DNA from: Octopus vulgaris
Taxonomy: Eukaryota
Direction of reading: 5' to 3'
NCBI GenBank assembly: GCA_951406725.2
Contig: OX597818.1
Span: 145,824,001 to 145,888,000, forward strand
Length of the DNA: 64,000 bases
Both the position numbers and the translations under genes were made by a program. This document shows, one piece after another, positions 55,501 through 64,000 of this stretch. A model generated the notes under the pieces. The model was not told the origin of the DNA. It saw nothing but the letters and a program-made list of their open reading frames with translations, and did no database searches. Numbering within the stretch: the first letter of the stretch is position 1; the number at the start of each line of letters is the position of its first letter.

Positions 55501-55990
55501 CAAGCTGGGGATTGAGGCTTGTGCATCTCCACAATGCCATCATGCATAAAAAAATACAGTTTCAGTCCCCACTAGTGATACATTCCAAGGAAAGTTTCTA
55601 GACACCTGAAAAATTCAAAATGGCATGTTGCAATCAAAGCATAGGCAGTCACCTATCTAAAGGTACCACTTTCTCTGCTATTCACTCCTCAATCATAAGA
55701 AGTTTGCTTGTATTTCGAAATTCAAGGATTTCCAGAACAGCACTGCCACTCTATCACCTGATTCTGACAAATTACAGGATGAGAAAATCTTGTAAATATC
55801 AAAAATGTCAAGGTATGTGCTCCAGAAATGTTTGTCTCACTAATAGTAGATACATCTATATCTATCTACCGAAGGTCATTGAGCAAGTTACATCACTTCC
55901 AAACTGGAATCAGGCCCCAAACATTTACACTACCAACTCAAAGAATAGCTATTTAGGTCAGAGAAAGCAGGTTATTTACCTCTGACTTTG
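52560..55990 (-). mobile_element. Decayed Tx1/L1-like LINE ORF2 (APE endonuclease and RT)
   Basis: Minus strand remnants GD*NCI (endonuclease), KSPRLDGFPSEFY, DNFQPITLLNTEFKILAKVLAERL, LLYMLAPKPLLQKLE; many stops and frameshifts. Confidence 0.85.
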
Positions 55991-56156
55991 AGGATACCTG
56001 CTAATCCAGTCTTTCTCTTTTTTGTTGGCTGAAGGGAAGCAGAGAAAGACATTTACCAAACTCTTAAATGGGTTCCAGTGAATGTAAAGCCAACTGACTG
56101 GCTGCCTTCTAGAAAGACACTGTTGTATGCTTTGTTATTATTATTGTTAACAGCTT

Positions 56157-56157
<1 letters not shown>

Positions 56158-56200
<43 letters not shown>
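56158..56200. repeat. (GCT)n microsatellite
   Basis: Read directly from the sequence. Confidence 0.9.
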
Positions 56201-56729
56201 ATCACCATCCTTTCATTATTGTTGCTGTTATTGTCATCACTGCTGTTGCTGCTGTTGTTAATGTTGTTACCGTTGCTCTTGTCATCTGCTTAGTGATCAA
56301 ATGATACAGATTTGTTTCAGTGACAATGCTGCATGGTGTTTCTCTCTCTCTCTCTCTCTCTCTCTCCCTTATAATGTCAGTGTCATTCTCTTCCAGCTCT
56401 CCCCCTCTCTAATTGCTGTACTTTCTTCTCTCGACTGAATCCATAATGAAAATCTGAAAGGTAAACAAACTTTTCCAACTGATACAAAATTTATATCAAA
56501 AAAGCACCCCAATAAATTAGGGGACTATATCCAAAAAAGAACTCCCCAACAGTTAGCAGATCATTTCCTCTTCACAATCATACAAAAATCAAATGTCGAC
56601 ACATTAAACTTTAGGGTGAAAAATGTAAATCAGTTGACAAATTTTGCAGAGCTGAAGCTAAAAGTACTTTGCCAAGATGCTAATAATGATACTTTCTTGA
56701 ACTCTTTTGGAGTCGAAGACATAGGATAA

Positions 56730-58930
56730 TACATAGACAAAGGAACAGTAGACGTTTACATAGACACATGTAAACAATAAAAACAATAACAGTTAAAGAG
56801 AAATTTATACATACAAATTTCTCAAAGAGAGGTGTGGTAGGAAACTTTCACAGATCCTCGGCTACGCTAAACACCAAGAGCACCAGTGGAAGGAACCTCT
56901 CTTTCATCCATTCTCCCCAATTTGCAGGCACCAACTTAGTGTAGGCCCACTCCTTTGGACTATCCTTGCTATATTCACCCACCTTTCAACAAATTTATCT
57001 CTCAACCTTCACTCTCCTTTTCAGATGGGATTTAGGAAAGTCAATGGGGACTCAGCTGAAGAGGAAAGTGTCTCTCTTCAGTCCTATCAGTCTCGTCCAC
57101 CACATAACTGCTCTTGCCATGGCCTCTAGATGGAAGAAAATTGCCTTTCCTTGCCAGTCAAACGAAGGAGTCAGATCTTTCCAATGGAGTCAGCCAACAG
57201 CCAGATCTGCCCTACATGCAGCTGCAAATGTGTAACATGACCCCACATGTGAGCAATGTTCAGAAACTGCACAAGCACATGCAGGGCAGTTTTGTCATTC
57301 TGTGCACATCTTAGGCAAGAACAATTCCCTTCATTAACATACCTGTAGAGTTTATTGTGAACTGGTAATATTCTCAGTAGCAGTGCCAAGTCAGAAATTT
57401 CTGGAAATTATCCCTGGGCCCCAGCCTAAAAGTCCTCCAGAGCAGACCAACCAGCTGATTCCCAAAGATGTCACTACTCATTCCATCACTAATCCATTAT
57501 AGAACACTAGCAGAGCTTCCAGTGACCACATTGTCAGCAGAGGACTGTGAGCATCTGACTAGTCTTTAGGTCCTATGTATCTGTCCTAGTCTCCTGAGAT
57601 CTAGGACTGCAGCTCTGTCAAAAAGACAAGCTGTGAGAAAGTAAGTTCTTTCAGTCCTTTACTAGGTGAGACAGATAACCTTGCTCATCACCTCACTTCA
57701 GTTGTCCACAAGAAGGTTTAAACCAAGCCAGACCCCAATCAGTTTAACCCATCCATTTGTCCAGTACCCCACAGCATTGTAGGATGACATAGACTTCCCT
57801 CTCCAGGTACTGAGCGATTGGCCCACTGACTTTTCATGATTAATTTTTTCTCTTGTCATTCCCTAAGAATACTGTCAATCACCTCAATGTGTTTAATTTA
57901 CCAGTGCTACTCTCTCAAAACCTTGTTCATGCTGATATTCCACAAAACCTCTTACCTCCGTGGTAGTGGCTCAAGTGCCAGCATATACAGAAGTGGAGAA
58001 AGAAAGCATCATTGGTGGACAAAACACAGGATATTGAATAGTTCTGATACAGGGTCATTTACTTTAACCACCGAGCATATGTTACTACATTGCAGGGATT
58101 CAACCTCTGAAGATGGGACCAAAAGGAACTATGGTGAGGACAGCCGGCAAGTATTAATAGTTGGCCCTATTGAAAGTTTTTGACTAACCTGAATTGATCA
58201 GGACCCCACCTATGCAGATTCTTTATCTGCTCTTTCTATGATATCTCACATGAGGTGGTGATTGTTGTAGATAGATCTGTTTGAGATAGATCTGTTGTAC
58301 AGGGATCTGTCTGTGCTTTACCTACTAGATTATCAATGACAAGTGCCAACTCTTAGCTAATACCTTGGCTAAAATCTCCGCATTTAGCAGAATTACAGGC
58401 CTGAAGTCATTAAAAATCACCTCCATTATTTGAGTCCTTTCTCAGCAGCAACCCTACACCTAGTTTTGCAGCTCTGGAAATTCTCCTGTTCTGATGTCAG
58501 TTGCAGTAGACATTTGCTGAAACACCACCAACTAAGTTTGGTGCATATGAATATAAAGCTCATAGTGCAGTCCATCCAGCCACAGCAACTGCTTCAAGCA
58601 GCCAACCATTGCTTCCTATATTTCATGCCTCTCACAGTAAGTAGTCTGCTTCCTCATTTGAGAGCCACAACAGGCCATCGGAATACAGGCTAAAAAGGAT
58701 CAATGTCTCCAACCTGCCCTGAAAAATTGAGTTACATGTCACTGAAAAGTCATACATCTGCTTGGAATCAAGTAGCATTTGGCCCTCCTGGTACATCAAA
58801 CACTGAAAGATGACTTGGTTGCGATGTTATGCTTTCATTACCTGGACTAACTGAATAGTTTTTGTTACCTCATGCCTGAGAGAACATGCCCCAATTCTGA
58901 CAACATGTGCCTAAGTTTCTTGTTGAATAT
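56730..58930 (-). mobile_element. Second decayed Tx1/L1-like LINE, 5'-truncated
   Basis: Minus strand NDFRPVILLNAEILAKVLAKS and VHQ*CFLSPLLYMLALEPLP. Confidence 0.85.
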
Positions 58931-59129
58931 ATCTCTAATTGAGGATGCACATACACACACACACATATAGTCTTAATCTGGCATATGATACAGCTGGGGT
59001 AGACCTGTGCTCAAATCCAGCATGTGGTGGAAGAGAAACACATACACCAACACACAGACATATACATATATACTATATATACTATAAATATATATATATA
59101 TGTATATATATGTATATATATATATATAT

Positions 59130-59324
59130 TCTTTTTTTATTCTTTTTTTGTTTCAGTTATTTGACTGTGACAATGCTGGACAAATCGACCCGGTACTTAT
59201 TCTTTGTAAGCCGAATACTTATTCCATTGGTCTCTTTGCCAAACTGCTAAGTTACTGTGATGTAAACACACCAAAATCGGTTGTCAAGCAATGGTGGGAG
59301 GACAAACACAGACACACAAACATT

Positions 59325-59360
<36 letters not shown>

Positions 59361-59527
59361 TATACAATGGGCTTCTTTCAGTTTCCATCTACCAAATCCA
59401 CCCACAAGGATTTGGTTGGCCTGAGGCTATAGTAGAAGACACTTACTCAAGATGCCTCTCAGTAGAACTAAACCTGGAACCATGTGGTTATTAAGCAAGC
59501 TACTTACCACACAGCAACTCCTGCACC
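59130..59527 (-). mobile_element. SINE family 'A'
   Basis: Reverse complement is colinear with 17991-18507. Confidence 0.9.
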
Positions 59528-59662
59528 TATATATATATATATGTATACATATATATATATATATATTTATACATATATACTGAGAATTTATAAAACAACA
59601 AAAGATGAAGAATGGTGTGTAAACAACAGATAGATTATTATCACGGGAGGCTGAGATTGTTG

Positions 59663-59712
<50 letters not shown>

Positions 59713-59789
59713 CACACAAATATATAGTATGTGTCTGTATATATATATAATATATATATACATATGTTTTCATATATATAAATATGTAA

Positions 59790-59947
59790 CAGACTTCCTT
59801 CAGTTTCAGTCTGCCAAGTCAATTCCTAAAGCTTTGGTTGACCCAAGGCTATAGAAGACACTTTCCCAAGGTGTCACCCAGTGGCACTGAACCCAGAACC
59901 ATGTGATTGGGAAGCAAACTATTTACCACACTGGCACATCTGCACCT
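59790..59947 (-). mobile_element. SINE family 'A', 5' half
   Basis: Head and body up to the internal microsatellite. Confidence 0.8.
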
Positions 59948-60085
59948 TGTATATATAATACATATTCATGATTTCATATATAAATATATATACATACAGT
60001 CACACACACGCACATATAATATATATATATATATGTATATATATATATGTCTATATATTTATAAGTATATGTATATATATGTGTG

Positions 60086-60127
<42 letters not shown>

Positions 60128-60440
60128 TGTAAATATCAAGAAGTAGTATTTATTCCCACTTAAACAGAAATGTTCTGTTAGAACAAACTGTACTGCTGTA
60201 TTTACGATGAGAGAAACTCTTATATAGGCTCTTGGTGCAGAATGCCTGCTTGTTTGTTTATGCTGCAAGTGGGAGATAACTCCCCACCAAATCCAGATCA
60301 TATGATTTCAGTCTTCTTTGATCTCATCAGTGATATGGAACCTCAACTGCTTCAGATAGCAGTGACTCATCCCTCTGCTAGCAATAATCAGTGCCAGAAC
60401 AGGCACTATATATATGATGGACTCTCCTGTCAGTTTCGAT

Positions 60441-60553
60441 GGTGGTGGAGACTGATATGTGGATGTTAGGCCTCATGGTGGAGATCCCAAAATAATTGGC
60501 AATGCAGTGCTAAAGAAAACTTGCCCAGTTATGTTAATAGAGTATGACTGAAG
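60441..60553 (+). repeat. 113-bp direct duplicate of 62392-62504
   Basis: 5 mismatches in 113 bp. Confidence 0.95.
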
Positions 60554-60770
60554 GTACCAACAATATAAACTTTCTTTGTCAGTCATAATGCTTATGTCGA
60601 ATGTGACATTTGAGTCCCACCAACAATTTGCAAAGGAGGCCACAGATATTGCAAACATGAGGATTACAGGTCAGTGCAGGTAGTATATTTGCAGCTGCTT
60701 TTCTCTTTTACCTTGCACCCTGAAGTGTGTTAATGCTAGTAGCATATATATATATATATACATATACACA

Positions 60771-60945
60771 CAATTTTAAAATAGGATAAAATCTCTATAA
60801 GAAATTATCAAGTAGTTAGCATTTTTCTTCATAAGGGAAAAATTTATTAATTATTCCCTTTAAATATATTTATTAATAGTAAGGGCATTGACTTTAAGAG
60901 TTCCTCCTAGCATGAGGCATTTATGTATAATAATGCCCTTAATAT
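60771..60945. repeat. Collapsed sister of the 21250-21543 hairpin element
   Basis: Same leader, then agggcatt joined directly to gactttaagag...taatgccct. Confidence 0.85.
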
Positions 60946-60999
60946 ATATATATATATATATATATATAAAGATACATGATTTTGTAAGAAGACATTAAA

Positions 61000-62504
61000 A
61001 GCTTCTGGTCAGTCAGGAATTATGGCAGAGATTTTGAAATATAAGGTAGAGTAGAACATGGGCTATTCACCCGTATGATTGATCAGGTTGTACAGGGTGA
61101 TGTTACATGCAATGGCTAGCTTGGCAGTACCATAGACAAATGTTACAATGGTAAAGGAGATGCCTTAGAAAGCTGTAATTACAGGGATATCAAATTTATA
61201 TATCAGGTCATGGAAATCACAGAAGGAGTTATAGCTCAATTGATTAAGGAGGATATTAATCTACATGAATTGTAGTCTAGTAAAAAATACCTCTGGTGCC
61301 ATTTTCCAACTGAAACAACAGCAGAAGTTCTTAGTTTCCACCATGTTTACATTTGGCATTTGTTATCATAGGGGAAGCTTTCAGCGGAATCCTCTGAGGA
61401 AGCTAGGAGTAGAAGAATGATTTTTGTGACCCATACAGACCATGCACAAGGGTGCTGTCAGTGAAGTGTGAGTTGGTAACAAGTACAGCAATGAATTTAA
61501 TGTGCAAACAGGGATCTGAAAAGATTTATTGCTCAGTCCCCTTCGAGTTATCATAGTCTTCCAACTGATATCAGAGGAATTTAAGATTAGATACATATAG
61601 AAACTCCCTATAACTCCTATATACTGTTGACCTCATTTCTTATAGATGAATCTCTCAAGTAGGATTAGAGATGAAATTCCAGGCATGGAAGAAAAATTTG
61701 TTATCAAAGGGTCTCAAGTCAACTTTGTAAAGGCATATACTTATAAGAAAAATGATAAGACCTTATTCCCATCAGAGAAAGAGCTATGCTCAATATGTAG
61801 AAAATGAGTAAATAAAAATTCCAAACAGTCTCCTCAATGCAAGCTATGGACAAACAATAGGTACAATGGAATCATGGACAATTTAACAGAGAAAGCAGAT
61901 CTGGTATGTGGCAGATGTGCATAAATAATAAAACCCAAAGTGCACATAGGAGGATCACTAGCAATAGACGATAGCGTCTTCTACCGAGGTGATCTTATTA
62001 GCAGTGGCATAAAATGCTCTGAAAGTATAGCAGCTGGTGTAAAGGCAAGCTGGTGAAAGTTCAAGGAGTTACTATTTCTATTGGTAGAAAAATGTTTCTC
62101 TCACTGAGTGAAAGGCAAAATGTATGATGCTTGTTTATGTGAACTGCTATGTTACACAGTGGTGATGCGTGGACCCTGATTGTAGAGAACCAGGGAAAGT
62201 TAGAAAGAAATGAAGCTAGCATGTTTTATATAAGTAATAAGAGGAATTAGACATAGTGTGCAAAAGAGAAGACTGTGTTGGTTTGGCCTTGTGATGAGTG
62301 TAAATGAGGATAGCTTTATAAAGAAGAGTCAGTTGTTGCTTACTGTAGATGAAAGCTGTAGAAAAGGCCAATCCAAGAAGATGTGAGATGAGGTGGTGGA
62401 GACTGATATGTGGATGTTAGGCCTCTTAGTGGAGATCCCAAAATAATTGGCGATGCAGTGCTAAAGAAAACTTGCCCAGCTATGTTAATAGAATATGACT
62501 GAAG
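61000..62504 (+). mobile_element. Decayed RTE-clade LINE
   Basis: GKGDALESCNYRDIK, VIAQLIK, RKLGVEE, LLSPL, RRLCWFGLVM remnants. Confidence 0.85.
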
Positions 62505-63225
62505 TTCTCAAAGCACACAGTATTTGTATATAACTGAGGTCGTGGAAGCATAATGTATATGCATACTGTGTACACCTTCCTTCAATGGCCCTGTCAAGAC
62601 AATAACTGTTGTGCTTTCTCCTTTCCCCTTTTTTACCTTTTTTCTCTTTCCCCAAGCTTCAAAACTTGGTCCCTTTCCTAAACCACTTCCAATTGACATT
62701 GTTACTCACATCCATATTTACCATCATTTTTGTTTCCATCCAACTTCACTTTCATTTCATTCATCCCTCACTCCCATTAGCAAACTTTAACTCTACCTCT
62801 CATCTCTCTGTCACTTATCCTTCCATCACTCTCCTAACTACTGCACTATTCTGATAATGTAAACAATTAATTCAATTTTGTACTCTCATGCTCTACTCCT
62901 TCTGAGTACTCCAGCTGACACAGCCAACATATGTACCAGTTCCCCCTTCCACACATGCAAACTCACATTTACCATCCACCATTTCCACCCCATGTTTATA
63001 TCCATCTCCTATTCTCCTTCCATGCTCTTGCAGCCTTATCCATGCCTGCTAATTTGCTTGTCTCTCTGCTCTTTTCTGTTAAACATCTTGCGCATGTTAA
63101 TGTAAAGGCATTTTCTGGCACCTCATCACTACTGTATTTACAGCTCTTTCTGGCATCAATCCTTCTAACCTCACCCATCTGTATAAAATGAGGAATATCC
63201 ATAAATCCTTACTCCTCCCAACATT

Positions 63226-63665
63226 AGTGGTTCTCAACCAGTTTTCACTTACGGATGCCTTTGATTACTATTTGGTTCCAGAGTAACCCTCGTAGCCATT
63301 TCATATCTAAAAACTAGTTTTAAAGAAAACTCTTCAAAACTTCCTATTTTGTTTTTCACTCATTCATTTTTGTAGGTTTTCACTGGGAGAACAGGTTTCA
63401 GTGGCCAAAAACTTGTTGATCTATGTTTCTTGCGAAATAGATATATACTCTATACTCTTTTACTCATTTCAGTCATTTGAGTGCAGCCATGCTAGAGCAC
63501 CACTTTTAGTCAAAGAAATCGACCCCAGGACTTATTCTTTGTAAGCCTAGTACTTATTTTATCGTCTTCTTTTGCTGAACTGCTAAGTTACAGGGATGTA
63601 AAACACCACCATCGTTTGTCAAGCAATGTTGGGGGACAAACACAGACACACAAACCTATACATGC

Positions 63666-63706
<41 letters not shown>

Positions 63707-64000
63707 TATGATGGGCTTCTTTCAGTTTCCATCTACCAAATCCACTCACAAGGCTTTTGGTTGGCCTGAGGCTATAGTAGAAGACACTTGTCCAAGGTGC
63801 CATGCAGTGGGACTGAACCCGGAACCATGTGGTTGGTAAGCAAGCTACTTACCACACAGCCACTCCTGCACCTATGTAAAGAAAAATTTTTTCAAGGACT
63901 CCTACTCAGCTACTGTGAATCCCCAATTTACTATTTTGTTCGAGTGGACTCCTAGAAATCTTATATAGACCTCCCAAAAACATATATACCCCAGCTGAAA
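63226..64000. mobile_element. hAT (Charlie-like) MITE containing a nested SINE; runs off the window end
   Basis: Left terminus agtggttctcaacc; right end approaches ...accccagctgaaa. Confidence 0.5.
63454..63873 (-). mobile_element. Full-length SINE family 'A'
   Basis: Reverse complement is highly similar to 17991-18507. Confidence 0.92.

Noticed and set aside
56078-56293. Signal-peptide-like poly-Ala/Leu ORF
   Set aside because: Derived from (GCT)n and (TTG/TTA)n simple repeats.

Overview
AT-rich, repeat-saturated eukaryotic DNA, probably intron or intergenic sequence of an animal. The SINE families and the extreme (TA)n/(CA)n/(GATA)n density suggest an octopus (coleoid cephalopod); this is inferred from recalled repeat sequences, not from a search. 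Nearly all supplied ORFs are microsatellite artefacts, and I recognise no intact host gene, only a few weak exon candidates. The window holds many tRNA-headed SINEs, decayed LINEs (RTE, Tx1/L1-like, one RLE-type), Tc1/mariner, piggyBac-type and hAT-type MITEs, and Penelope-like element (PLE) relics. The main structure not explained by ordinary annotation is a recurring set of fold-back palindromes, most embedded in (TA)n. Two of them have a sister copy in the window whose hairpin is deleted. At least six decayed type-I hammerhead ribozyme motifs occur, three of them within inverted repeats. There is also a decayed HDV-like ribozyme fold, and a PLE with inverted pseudo-LTRs carrying telomeric TTAGGG repeats at the inversion junction. 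Boundaries of decayed repeats are approximate.
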